Made by a program: the position numbers and the translations under genes. Below the pieces are notes generated by a model. It made no database searches. It was given only the letters and a program-made list of their open reading frames with translations, and had not been told where the DNA came from. Of a stretch of DNA of 64,000 nucleotides, positions 52,609 through 62,051 are shown in pieces; within the stretch, counting starts at the first letter, position 1, and every line of letters starts with the position of its first letter. The DNA is taken from NCBI GenBank assembly GCA_963783575.1, contig CAWAOD010000003.1:160001-224000 (forward strand), written 5' to 3'. The DNA comes from an uncultured Spirochaetota bacterium (GTDB lineage: Bacteria > Spirochaetota > Brevinematia > Brevinematales > JAOACQ01).

Positions 52609-53397
52609 TTAATATACCTTCTTCCTGATTATTTGCATAATAATTGAGAGTGTAATAATGACCATTCCTGTGATCACCGCAGCTATAACGGCCTGCGCAG
52701 GAATACCAGGATTGGCGAGCCTCTTTAGCAGTATTCCCAGCAATGCCCAGTCCACAACAAGCGCATAAAATATATCTTTACGCTTATATACCATGATCAA
52801 CGCCAGAGCAATACCTGCCAGAATAACAATAATCGTCCAGAACTGTTCGCTCAGACCAAAACGGTTCCAGTTTATTTTTACCAGAAAAGCAGTTACATTT
52901 GCGATAGTCGCTATTGATATCCAGCCTGAATAAACGCTGACAGGCAGGTGGATCAAATACTTTTCACCGGCGCCAGCGGTTGATATTCCAATCCGCAATC
53001 TCTGATAGATAACAATCAGGCTCAATAAAAGCAGTACCATTAAAAGAAGCGAAAGTGCCACATTTTCATAGTGCCAGGCAAAAATCCAGCCTGCGTTTGC
53101 AAGGGAACTTATCAAATAAAAAACATCGATTTTGTCTAAATATGAAGGCTCATCCTCACTGGAGCGGAAGGCTGAAACTAATAAAAATACGCTGAAAATA
53201 AGCAGTAAAATGTAAATTACTCCCCAGACTGCAAATGTCAAACCGGCCGGAACAAACAGATTGGAGTATTTATCCGATAAGGCCCCGGTATTCTTGTCGT
53301 TTATCGGCAAAATATTAGCGAGGGCATTCACCGTTACCATAAAAATAAATCCCAGCATGTTTATTAACGCCCAGACTATCCTTTTTGTCTTTCTCAT
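52609..53397 (-). CDS. Tryptophan-rich sensory (TspO-related) membrane protein
   Basis: NALAN, SDKY.NLFVPAG.TFAVWGVIY, W.FAWH, GWISIAT.AN; ATG 53397 after GAGGA. Confidence 0.75.
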   Translation of the reverse strand: MRKTKRIVWALINMLGFIFMVTVNALANILPINDKNTGALSDKYSNLFVPAGLTFAVWGVIYILLLIFSVFLLVSAFRSSEDEPSYLDKIDVFYLISSLANAGWIFAWHYENVALSLLLMVLLLLSLIVIYQRLRIGISTAGAGEKYLIHLPVSVYSGWISIATIANVTAFLVKINWNRFGLSEQFWTIIVILAGIALALIMVYKRKDIFYALVVDWALLGILLKRLANPGIPAQAVIAAVITGMVIITLSIIMQIIRKKVY

Positions 53398-53504
53398 TTG
53401 ATGATTCCTCCTCTGGCTATTCTTATACATATATAAATTTTATTTTATTCCAGTAATTAACTCAATTATTATTAAACCTGGGTTAAATAATTTCTGATTT
53501 ACTA

Positions 53505-53561
53505 TTGACAGAATAATTATTGTAATTTATAATATACATATTATATTTGTTTATATGTATA
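53505..53561 (+). promoter_or_regulatory. Consensus sigma70 promoter plus operator for TetR gene
   Basis: TTGACA(53505)-17-TATAAT(53528); TATACATAT-N11-ATATGTATA at 53533-53561. Confidence 0.75.
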
Positions 53562-53583
53562 AGTAATTTAAGGATAATTAATT

Positions 53584-54186
53584 ATGAGAGCCATTAACGA
53601 GGAAGAAAGGGGATTTATACAGCAAAAACTTTTGTTTAAAGGCAGGGATATTTTTGCGCAGTTCGGAATAAAAAAAACCACTATAAGGCAGCTATCCAGA
53701 GCCGCTGGTATATCCAGCGGAAGTTTTTACATGTATTTTGAATCGAAAGAGGAATTATTTTTTCAGATATTAACCCTGGAAATAAATAACACAATTAATG
53801 GAAACATGGAAATTATGTCTTCTCATTCTTATGAACCTGGAATTATGATAAAGATGATTATAAAGAAAGCTGTCAGTAATTTTGAACAGAATCCTATACT
53901 AAAAATATTATTAATCCGGGAAGAATTTGAACTGCTGCATCAGAAGTTTTCTTCAAGATCAAAGGAAATGCGGGACATCCTGATTAATTTAGTTTCTAAA
54001 TGGAATGAAATGGGAATTTTGATTTCAGAGGATTCGGATGTATTGGCTGGAGCCATAAGAGCATTGCTTTTTATGACTTTTCATAAAGAAGAAATCGGGA
54101 TAAATAATTTCGAGAGAAGCATGGAATTATTGATCGATTTTACAGCAAAAGGGATTGTAAAAGAATCAAAGGAGGAATCATTATGA
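53584..54186 (+). CDS. TetR/AcrR-family regulator
   Basis: F..FGIKKTTIRQL..AAGIS.GSFY.YF.SKEELF. Confidence 0.93.
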   Translation: MRAINEEERGFIQQKLLFKGRDIFAQFGIKKTTIRQLSRAAGISSGSFYMYFESKEELFFQILTLEINNTINGNMEIMSSHSYEPGIMIKMIIKKAVSNFEQNPILKILLIREEFELLHQKFSSRSKEMRDILINLVSKWNEMGILISEDSDVLAGAIRALLFMTFHKEEIGINNFERSMELLIDFTAKGIVKESKEESL

Positions 54187-54713
54187 ATATCACAGCCGTA
54201 TCGTTTAACAGCAATTCGGTTTTTAATTTTCCAATAGTTTTTCTGTTTTGGGGTGTTGTTATCACTTACGTTTTACATGTTTTTGAGGAAACAATTCTAC
54301 CCGAAATTTTTGTTGAAAAAGTTAAGAGGCTATACTGGCCTCAGTATAGCTGGAATAAATTTTTTTGGTTTAATACATTTATCCTTATTATAAATATAAG
54401 CGCCGTTCTTTGTTTTGAAGGTATGGGAGGTAAATGGATTATATTTCCTTTAGTTATGGCGGCTGAAAGATTTTTCAACGGTCTTTATCATTTATTTGAG
54501 ACAATTTTAACAAAGAAATTTTCTTCGGGTTTATTTTCATCAATAATACACTGGATAATTTGCTATATGATAATCCGTTATGCACTTTTACCAGGAGAAA
54601 TAAGAATTAATTATTTTTTACCTGCTGTTATCACCGGTTTTTGCATATCGTTTTTAATGATTGGTTATTTGATTTTAATAAAAGTTGTCAATAAAACCAA
54701 AACTGTAAAATAA
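54183..54713 (+). CDS. HXXEE-domain membrane protein
   Basis: LHVFEE motif, NGLYH, SGLFSS; about 5 TM. Confidence 0.8.
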   Translation: MNITAVSFNSNSVFNFPIVFLFWGVVITYVLHVFEETILPEIFVEKVKRLYWPQYSWNKFFWFNTFILIINISAVLCFEGMGGKWIIFPLVMAAERFFNGLYHLFETILTKKFSSGLFSSIIHWIICYMIIRYALLPGEIRINYFLPAVITGFCISFLMIGYLILIKVVNKTKTVK

Positions 54714-54719
54714 AATAAA

Positions 54720-55094
54720 ATGAAATTCTCTATTTTTTATTTCAGTGGCACTGGAAATACAAAATGGGCTGTTGAAGAATTCTGTAGAATGGCATTTGAG
54801 TTGGGACATCAGGCAGAAATGCTATCAATCGAAGATAATTCACTTCTTGATAATATAATTATAAAGAATATTTTGCATTCTCCGGGTATAACCGGGTTTG
54901 CATATCCGATCATCGGAGCCGACATGCCTTTAATTATGAAAAGGTTCCTGGATAGTCTCAGGCCAATGATGGAAAAGGAATCATCAAAACCTTCTTTCGT
55001 TTTAACAACGGCTGGATTTGTTAACGGATTCGGCCCATATACGGCAGGAAAAATTCTCAAAATAACAGGATTCAATAATTCTGCGGGAAGGTAA
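54720..55094 (+). pseudogene. Truncated EFR1-type flavodoxin/ferredoxin
   Basis: YFSGTGNT, GFAYP..P flavodoxin half only; no C-terminal [4Fe-4S] domain before the stop. Confidence 0.55.
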
Positions 55095-55220
55095 ATACGC
55101 CGATCCTGTTTTGTATAAACGTTATCTTGGTCCGGATAAAGGCTATAAAATATAATCATAATTGACAAATAACAATTGATTTATTAATCTTTATTGATGA
55201 TGGATTTCAGAGGAGTAGTT

Positions 55221-56265
55221 ATGGAAGAAAACATACTGGAAGATATCTATTATGACGATTCGGACGTTCAATATAGCGCCGTTAATGACGAATCTATCCG
55301 GGATGATATTCTGCTCGATGCATATTCGAAGACGGTAATCACCGCATCGAATAAGATCAGCCGGGCTGTAGTTCATATTATGGTTTTTCATGACAATTCC
55401 AAAAATGGAAGGCCTAATGACAATCCTGGGCAGGAACCCGACGGAAGCGGGTCCGGCTTTTTATTTACACCTGACGGTTTTATTATGACAAACAGTCATG
55501 TCGATACATGATGCAGTAAAAATAAACGTTGTACTTACCGATGGCCACCGTTATGAAGCATCTGTTGTCGGGGATGATCCGGATACCGATCTGGCAGTTA
55601 TTCGGGTTCCGGAATCAGGGTTCAAACCGGCCAGGTTTGGCGATTCGGGAAGTATCAAAGTCGGACAGATCGCAATAGCAATCGGAAATCCTTACGGGTT
55701 TCAAAGTACAGTAACTGCAGGGGTTGTCAGTGCTTTGGGACGGTCATTTTATTCCAAGAATGGCAGGCTTATCGACAATATAATCCAGACCGATGCGGCT
55801 CTAAATCCCGGAAATTCCGGAGGCCCCCTCCTGAATTCAAACGGGGAAGTTATAGGCGTCAATACGGCGGTAATCATGCAGGCGCAGGGGCTCTGTTTTG
55901 CAATACCGAGCAATACGGCAAAATACGTGGCTTCTTTATTAATGAAAAACGGGAAGATTAAACGCGGCTATATCGGAATCGGGGGACAGAATGTACCTGT
56001 CCATAAACGAATTGTCAGATATTTTCAGCTCCCGGTTGAAAACGGCGTTTTAATTATTGAGCTTGATAACAATGGAGCCGCAAAAGCTTCCGGTTTAAGG
56101 GATGGGGACATTATCATAGAAATGGACAATAATCCCGTGACCTCCATGGATGATCTGCATAAGCTGCTTACTGAGGACAGCATTGGAAGAAGCAGTAACA
56201 TTACTGTTATCCGCTATAATGAAAAACTGTCGTTTAACATTGTTCCGGGTGAGTCAAAATTGTAA
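55221..56265 (+). pseudogene. HtrA/DegP-like trypsin protease with PDZ domain, frameshifted at ~55502-55504
   Basis: [16 protein letters not shown] / IHDA..TDLAVIR..IAIGNP..QTDAALNPGNSGGPL..GLRDGDII; one extra base right after the catalytic His. Confidence 0.88.
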
Positions 56266-56359
56266 GCATTTCCTATATTATAATTTTACCTATCCCAAAA
56301 ATATTGATAAATAGAAACTTACATTTTATAATCTGATCATTAATAATTAGGGGTTAATT

Positions 56360-56842
56360 ATGATGCAGGAACTTCTTGAATTGCTGGAAAAAAACAGCCG
56401 TTTAACTACGGCAGAGCTTGCTGTTATGCTGGGAAAAACCGAAGATGAAATCCGGCAGGCAGTCGGTCAATATGAAAAAGAGAAGATTATCCTCAGTTAT
56501 AATACAATGATCGATTGGGACAAAACAGACAGGGAAAGCATAACCGCGCTGATTGAAGTAAAGGTTATTCCGCAAAGGGGCTTTGGTTTTGACAAGGTTG
56601 CGGAAAGGATCTACCAGTATTCCGACGTAAAGGCATGTTATTTAATGTCCGGCGGTTTTGACCTTACTGTTATTATTGAAGGAAAAACAATGAAGGAAGT
56701 CGCATATTTTGTTGCGGAAAAACTAGCCCCGATGGAATATGTCCAGAGTACGGCTACCCATTTTGTCCTTAAGAAATATAAAGATAACGGCGTTATTTTT
56801 GAAGAGAAATCTTCAGACGACAGGGAGCCTGTCGTTTTATGA
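56360..56842 (+). CDS. Lrp/AsnC-family regulator
   Basis: LLEKNSR..ELA, YLMSGGFDL, STATHFVLKKYK. Confidence 0.93.
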   Translation: MMQELLELLEKNSRLTTAELAVMLGKTEDEIRQAVGQYEKEKIILSYNTMIDWDKTDRESITALIEVKVIPQRGFGFDKVAERIYQYSDVKACYLMSGGFDLTVIIEGKTMKEVAYFVAEKLAPMEYVQSTATHFVLKKYKDNGVIFEEKSSDDREPVVL

Positions 56843-58008
56843 ATATTTCGGATATGATATCGCCGGTTGTTAAAAACACCCCTCCTTCCGGTATTCGAAA
56901 ATTCTTCGACCTGGTTAACGAGATGAAGGATGCAATATCGCTTTCAATCGGAGAACCGGATTTTATTACTCCATGGAAAATACGGGAAGCCGGAATATAT
57001 TCATTGGAACAGGGACATACCCATTATTCTCCCAATGCCGGATTTATAGAACTGAGGATTGAAATATGCAGTTATTTAAAAAGAAGATTTCATCTCGATT
57101 ATGACCCGAAAAACCAGGTTATAGTAACTGTCGGCGGAAGCGAGGGCATTGATATCGCGCTCAGGTCGATTGCCGGAGCCGGCGATGAAGTTATAATTCC
57201 CGAACCGAGTTTTGTTTCTTATAAGCCATGCTCTGTATTTACAGGTGCCACTCCTGTAGTTATTGATCTGAAAGCGGAAGATCAATTCCGTTTAACACCG
57301 GAGCTTTTATCAAAGGCTATCACTCCAAAGACAAAAGTTCTTATACTTCCATTCCCTAATAATCCGACAGGCGCTATTATGACTAAAAAAGACCTTGAAA
57401 AGATAGTTGAAGTAATAGCGGATAAAAATATAATAGTCATTTCCGATGAAATTTACGCCGAATTGACTTATGACGGCAAACACACATCCATTGCAGAATT
57501 CCCCGGGATAAAAGACAGAACCATTCTAATAAACGGTTTTTCAAAAGCCTACGCGATGACGGGCTGGCGTCTCGGATATGTCTGCGGACACCCCGATCTG
57601 ATCACGGCTATGTATAAAGTCCATCAATACGCACTGATGTGCTCTCCTACAATGGCGCAGCATGCCGCTGTTGAGGCTCTCCGTAACGGCGATGATGAAA
57701 TCTTGGCAATGACAAAAGAGTATAATTACCGAAGGCGGGTAATGATTGACGGTTTTCGTAAATCCGGCCTGGAGTGTTTTGAGCCTCTCGGCGCTTTTTA
57801 CACTTTCCCCTGTATTAAATCAACCGGGCTTTCATCGGAATATTTTTGTGAAAGACTCCTTTTGGAGGAAAAAGTGGCTGTTGTCCCCGGAACGGCATTC
57901 GGGCAAAGCGGCGAAGGATTTGTAAGGGCATGCTATGCTTATTCCATTGATAATATCCGGGAAGCCTTAAAAAGGATAGGAAATTTCACATCAAAACTAA
58001 AAAAATAA
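56839..58008 (+). CDS. Class I/II PLP aminotransferase (YugH/AlaT-like)
   Basis: SGIRKFFD, GEPDF, FPNNPTG, SDEIY, GFSKAYAMTGWRLG; coupled to Lrp gene. Confidence 0.93.
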   Translation: MNISDMISPVVKNTPPSGIRKFFDLVNEMKDAISLSIGEPDFITPWKIREAGIYSLEQGHTHYSPNAGFIELRIEICSYLKRRFHLDYDPKNQVIVTVGGSEGIDIALRSIAGAGDEVIIPEPSFVSYKPCSVFTGATPVVIDLKAEDQFRLTPELLSKAITPKTKVLILPFPNNPTGAIMTKKDLEKIVEVIADKNIIVISDEIYAELTYDGKHTSIAEFPGIKDRTILINGFSKAYAMTGWRLGYVCGHPDLITAMYKVHQYALMCSPTMAQHAAVEALRNGDDEILAMTKEYNYRRRVMIDGFRKSGLECFEPLGAFYTFPCIKSTGLSSEYFCERLLLEEKVAVVPGTAFGQSGEGFVRACYAYSIDNIREALKRIGNFTSKLKK

Positions 58009-58018
58009 AGGAATAACA

Positions 58019-58975
58019 TTATGAATTTTTTTTGATAAGGTTTGCAAGTTCATAGCGGTTTTTTGCACCGGTCTTTTCATAAATATTGTGGATGTGGTTT
58101 TTGACAGTCCCCGGAGATATGAATAATTTTTCACCGATATCCGAATTTCCCTTCCCCTGAATTATTAGGCAGACAATCTCGCTTTCCCTCACAGAGATAC
58201 CATATTGTTTTTTGAAATTTTCCGATAGGGTAATCCCTGAAACTTCCAGAAATTTACTGCCGCTGCCAACGGATGGAACGAACATATATTTTGCTGAATA
58301 TACAATGCTGAATATGCTCCAGAATAAATAAAAAACCGGCATAAAATTGATATATCGTGGAATAATCTTTAATTTTTCCTGGAATAATTTCCAGTAACCG
58401 TCAAGAATAAAAGCGGGAAGGAATATTATCAAAAGTAAAAGTCCTGCCCGCAGGATTATTTTAGCCCTGTTATTCTTAATATTTCTATAATTAAATATTG
58501 CAAAAAGGATTGTATATAAATAAACGCCGAAAAAAAGATTTATATAAATATTGTAGAGTAAAAACCAGAAAAGGTCCAAAAGCCTATTCCGATCACTTAT
58601 TAAAATCAGGGGGATCAGTATAAAAAAAAGAGATATACCGCCCGCTGTTCCGAAGACGATTTTCTTCCATAATTCGAAATGTTTTCCTATCAATTGATGT
58701 ACAACATACGGTCCTTCAAAAATAAGTGATCCGAATGTCAGTAAAAAAATCATAGAAAAGAATATATGTAAAGTATTATTTTGAAAATCTGCGATTGATG
58801 TGATGTAAAAATAGAATGTATTTGTAATGACAAGGATTGATAAGAGCATATAAAAAATGAAGAAATGTAGTACGATTTTGATTCGTGTTTTTAAATAAAT
58901 CATTAATGATATTACCAGTCCGATCAATCCGGTTGAAAACGCTATGACATAATAAAATGTAACCAGGTGTTTCAT
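58019..58975 (-). CDS. Membrane-bound LuxR-family regulator
   Basis: 7 TM helices plus C-terminal SVRESEIV..G..N..I..LFISPGTVKNHI.NIY.K HTH. Confidence 0.9.
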   Translation of the reverse strand: MKHLVTFYYVIAFSTGLIGLVISLMIYLKTRIKIVLHFFIFYMLLSILVITNTFYFYITSIADFQNNTLHIFFSMIFLLTFGSLIFEGPYVVHQLIGKHFELWKKIVFGTAGGISLFFILIPLILISDRNRLLDLFWFLLYNIYINLFFGVYLYTILFAIFNYRNIKNNRAKIILRAGLLLLIIFLPAFILDGYWKLFQEKLKIIPRYINFMPVFYLFWSIFSIVYSAKYMFVPSVGSGSKFLEVSGITLSENFKKQYGISVRESEIVCLIIQGKGNSDIGEKLFISPGTVKNHIHNIYEKTGAKNRYELANLIKKNS

Positions 58976-59060
58976 ATTAAATCCTGATATTTATTAAAAT
59001 TTCCGGTAATTAATCAAAACCGGACCGGAGGTTAATTTCAATAATTCATTTATTGATACA

Positions 59061-59109
59061 TAAGCAGTTCGGAAATCTCATTAAAACCAATTTTAATAAA
59101 ACGGAACTG
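59061..59109. repeat. Short palindromic element (family A, copy 2)
   Basis: Reverse complement CAGTTCCGTTTTATTAAAATTGGTTTTAATGAGATTTCCGAACTGCTTA aligns with 515-567. Confidence 0.6.
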
Positions 59110-59328
59110 TGGGCAGTTTCAAATGCCTTTAAGTATTTGTAACTAAATATGGTATAAAGACAAAAACTTCTTCTATATTATAGTAATGTAAAAATTTTCT
59201 GTCAAACCATTCACTTCACTATTACTTTCTTAACCGGTCGATTTTTAAAAACTTTTTTTTGCGAAAAATGCGGCTTAATGGTATTATATCTGTAGCCGAT
59301 AAGATTCAAAAGGAAAGGAGGGCATTAG

Positions 59329-60513
59329 ATGGTTAAAAATATCAGTGAAGGATTCTCAACAAAGGCTGTTCATGCCGGAGAAATTCGCTATAATGAATAC
59401 GGTTCGATAACAACTCCCATTGTTCAAAGTTCAACCTTTATATTTAAGAATACAAAAGAGATAGGCGAACTTGCAAAAGGCGCGAAGAACAGGTATGAAT
59501 ACGGCAGGTACGGCCATCCGACTCAGCTGGCTGCAGAGAGAAAACTTGCAGCACTGGAAGGAGCCGAAGACGCGGTTCTATTTTCAACCGGTATGAGCGC
59601 TATAACAACAACCCTCTTTGCAATGCTCAATGCAGGAGATCATGTTATTCTTACGGATGACGCATATAAGCGGACGATAGATTTCTGCAAAACAAGGCTG
59701 CAAAAATTCAATATCGAATGCTCCATAGTTAAAATGTGCGATTACGAAGCTATTGAAGCCGCAATAAAAAAGAATACCAGAATCTTCATTTCCGAATCTC
59801 CTACAAACCCTTACCTTAACATTATGGATCTGAAACGGCTTATGGGCATTTTTAAAAAACATCCCGGTATAACCGTTATATCTGACAGTACTTTCGCGAC
59901 ACCTTTTAACCAGAGACCGCTTGAATACGGTATACACCTCGTAGTGCATAGCGCCACCAAGTATTTTGGCGGTCATAACGATCTTCTGGCCGGGGTTGTG
60001 CTGGGTAAAAAGGGTCTTACCGATCCCATCCGTGATTTTCTTAAAACTACAGGCGGCGTTATAGATCCGCATTCCGCATATTTATTGATACGAGGATTGA
60101 AAACATTTGAATTGCGGATGATACGGCATAATGAAAACGGACAGAAAATTGCAGAATTTCTGGAATCAAATCCGAAGATCAACAGGGTTTACTACCCCGG
60201 GCTGCCCAGCCACCCGCATTATAAAGTAGCAAAAGAGCAGATGAGCGGATTCGGCGGTGTAGTCACTTTCGAGATGAAGGAAGACATTCAATATGTACAT
60301 AAATTTTTAAGTTCACTGAAAATAATCAATATCGGGCCAAGTCTTGGCGGTGTTGAGTCATTAATAACTCATCCGGCTTCAATAAGTTATTATGATTATA
60401 CCCGGGAGGAACGCCTTAAAATCGGCATCAAGGACGGATTGATAAGGCTTGCAGTGGGTGTGGAAAATGCCGAAGATATTATTAACGATATCAGGCAGGC
60501 GATTCCTGAATAA
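59329..60513 (+). CDS. Cys/Met metabolism PLP enzyme (cystathionine gamma-synthase/lyase-like)
   Basis: PIVQSSTF, YGRYGHPT, TGMSA, ESPTNP, DSTFATP, HSATKYFGGH, SLGGVESL, LIRLAVG.E. Confidence 0.93.
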   Translation: MVKNISEGFSTKAVHAGEIRYNEYGSITTPIVQSSTFIFKNTKEIGELAKGAKNRYEYGRYGHPTQLAAERKLAALEGAEDAVLFSTGMSAITTTLFAMLNAGDHVILTDDAYKRTIDFCKTRLQKFNIECSIVKMCDYEAIEAAIKKNTRIFISESPTNPYLNIMDLKRLMGIFKKHPGITVISDSTFATPFNQRPLEYGIHLVVHSATKYFGGHNDLLAGVVLGKKGLTDPIRDFLKTTGGVIDPHSAYLLIRGLKTFELRMIRHNENGQKIAEFLESNPKINRVYYPGLPSHPHYKVAKEQMSGFGGVVTFEMKEDIQYVHKFLSSLKIINIGPSLGGVESLITHPASISYYDYTREERLKIGIKDGLIRLAVGVENAEDIINDIRQAIPE

Positions 60514-60678
60514 ATAAAAAAGGGAATGCGTCCCAAATACCATACCTCTAATTATGCATAAAGCAAAGACCAGCAGGATTAAAATGGCAAACTGCCTTTC
60601 GTCAACAGGCTCGCATTCCCAACAAAATATTTTAAAATATAATTTCGAGATTACTGCCGTTCATTTTTCGCCGATACA

Positions 60679-61890
60679 TCAATTGGTTATCTTCATTGCA
60701 AAGCCGAACATCGCCTGGAAATCGTTGTTAGTATCATATGAACTTCCATGTCCAAAGCCAAGCAATGCCATACTCAAATCCGCAGACGGGACTAATGCGC
60801 CGCCGCCGCCGGAATTTGTCGGCCTAGCAAAATAAACCACAGAGTTAAGAGGGTAATCTATAATAGCACTATCCGCTAACATAGTAGTCACGTAATTATA
60901 ATCAGCATCGTTTGTGGACGTATAAATATCCACATTTGGCCCATTGTTGGATAGAATGGCATAACCTCGTACTACATTATCCTGTGTCAAAACAGTTTCA
61001 TTTCTATTTCTACTCTGATCCAGGTACATCAGGATATATTTACCTGCATAATCCGCTGGCTGTATTTGAGTTTGTCTCAGCAGGCAGCCGAAAGAAAAGC
61101 CCGCGTCCTGGCCTAAGTCCGCTACATAAGTATAGCCGTTCGCAGAAGCCGGAATATAATTCGTGCCGACACCATTTTCCCCGGGGCTGGGGCCGTAAGT
61201 TGTATTGTTGGAATAGATAACAGTCCCGGTAAATCCGTTTGGACTGATATGCTGATTGCTGGGGTTACTTTGAAAGACAGTAACACTTGCGTTTGTGATA
61301 TAAACACCCATTTGATTTATAGAATAAAGCCCGATCTCCCATGGGTTGCTGGAATTTGTTACCTTACTTGCTAATAATTGAAAATACATACCGTTCATAT
61401 TGGTTAAACCGGCTGAGTTTGTTATCGTATTCGGAGTGAGGATGGCGAGAGCGGGTTTATAAGGTGCTCCGCCTCCTGAGCCTGTACCGATCTGAAACGT
61501 TACAGCAAGCACTTTATCCGGAATTTCAATAAAATAGGCGGCTGTACTGTTGCCGAAACCGTTCGGTAAATTAAACATACGGGAACCGTCCGGCTGAACG
61601 GTAAAATTTGCGCTCCATGAATAGCCGCGTGTCATATTGGAATAGATCAGCTGATTATTGCTATTGTCAATTACATAGCTGATAAAGTCCCCGACCGATG
61701 CGGAGCCCATATAGAGCTTGAGCTTCAAATTATTCTGTGTGGTTGGTATACTGGAAGAAGAATTGTCAGAGATCTTTGTTGAGGAACTGCTGGAGTTATT
61801 AGATGCTACACTGCAGGAATAGATAAGTAACACAACAGACGGGATTAGAATTGCTAATCCATAAAAGAAAATGGAACGTTTTTTAAACAT
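60679..61890 (-). CDS. Hypothetical lipoprotein
   Basis: IYSC lipobox, Ser-rich tether, beta-rich body with many S/T-N dipeptides; AAGGAG RBS. Confidence 0.8.
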   Translation of the reverse strand: MFKKRSIFFYGLAILIPSVVLLIYSCSVASNNSSSSSTKISDNSSSSIPTTQNNLKLKLYMGSASVGDFISYVIDNSNNQLIYSNMTRGYSWSANFTVQPDGSRMFNLPNGFGNSTAAYFIEIPDKVLAVTFQIGTGSGGGAPYKPALAILTPNTITNSAGLTNMNGMYFQLLASKVTNSSNPWEIGLYSINQMGVYITNASVTVFQSNPSNQHISPNGFTGTVIYSNNTTYGPSPGENGVGTNYIPASANGYTYVADLGQDAGFSFGCLLRQTQIQPADYAGKYILMYLDQSRNRNETVLTQDNVVRGYAILSNNGPNVDIYTSTNDADYNYVTTMLADSAIIDYPLNSVVYFARPTNSGGGGALVPSADLSMALLGFGHGSSYDTNNDFQAMFGFAMKITN

Positions 61891-62051
61891 CTTAGTCTCC
61901 TTTTGATTAATTTATAAATGGTCTCTTTAGTCCATATTTAAATGGGTTTAATCATAAAAATTAAAAAGATAATTTAGTACAAATATATTACTATGTCAAG
62001 AAATAAAAAGATGAAATTTTTTTATTTATTTGAAATACGATATATAAACTG

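Noticed and set aside
55490..55515. Programmed ribosomal frameshift in HtrA
   Set aside because: No slippery heptamer or stimulatory structure at CATGTCGATACATGA; a simple indel is more likely.
59110..59328. SAM (S-box) riboswitch upstream of the Cys/Met enzyme
   Set aside because: No SAM-I core (ATC.AGAG..GGAGGGA..GGCCC..GCAACC) recognisable.
775..61307. Many short overlapping or antisense ORFs in the track (e.g. 1185-1532, 1833-2276, 45419-45808, 59584-60072, 60554-60835)
   Set aside because: Shadows of well-supported genes, lacking RBS or motifs; only those completing frameshifted genes were kept.
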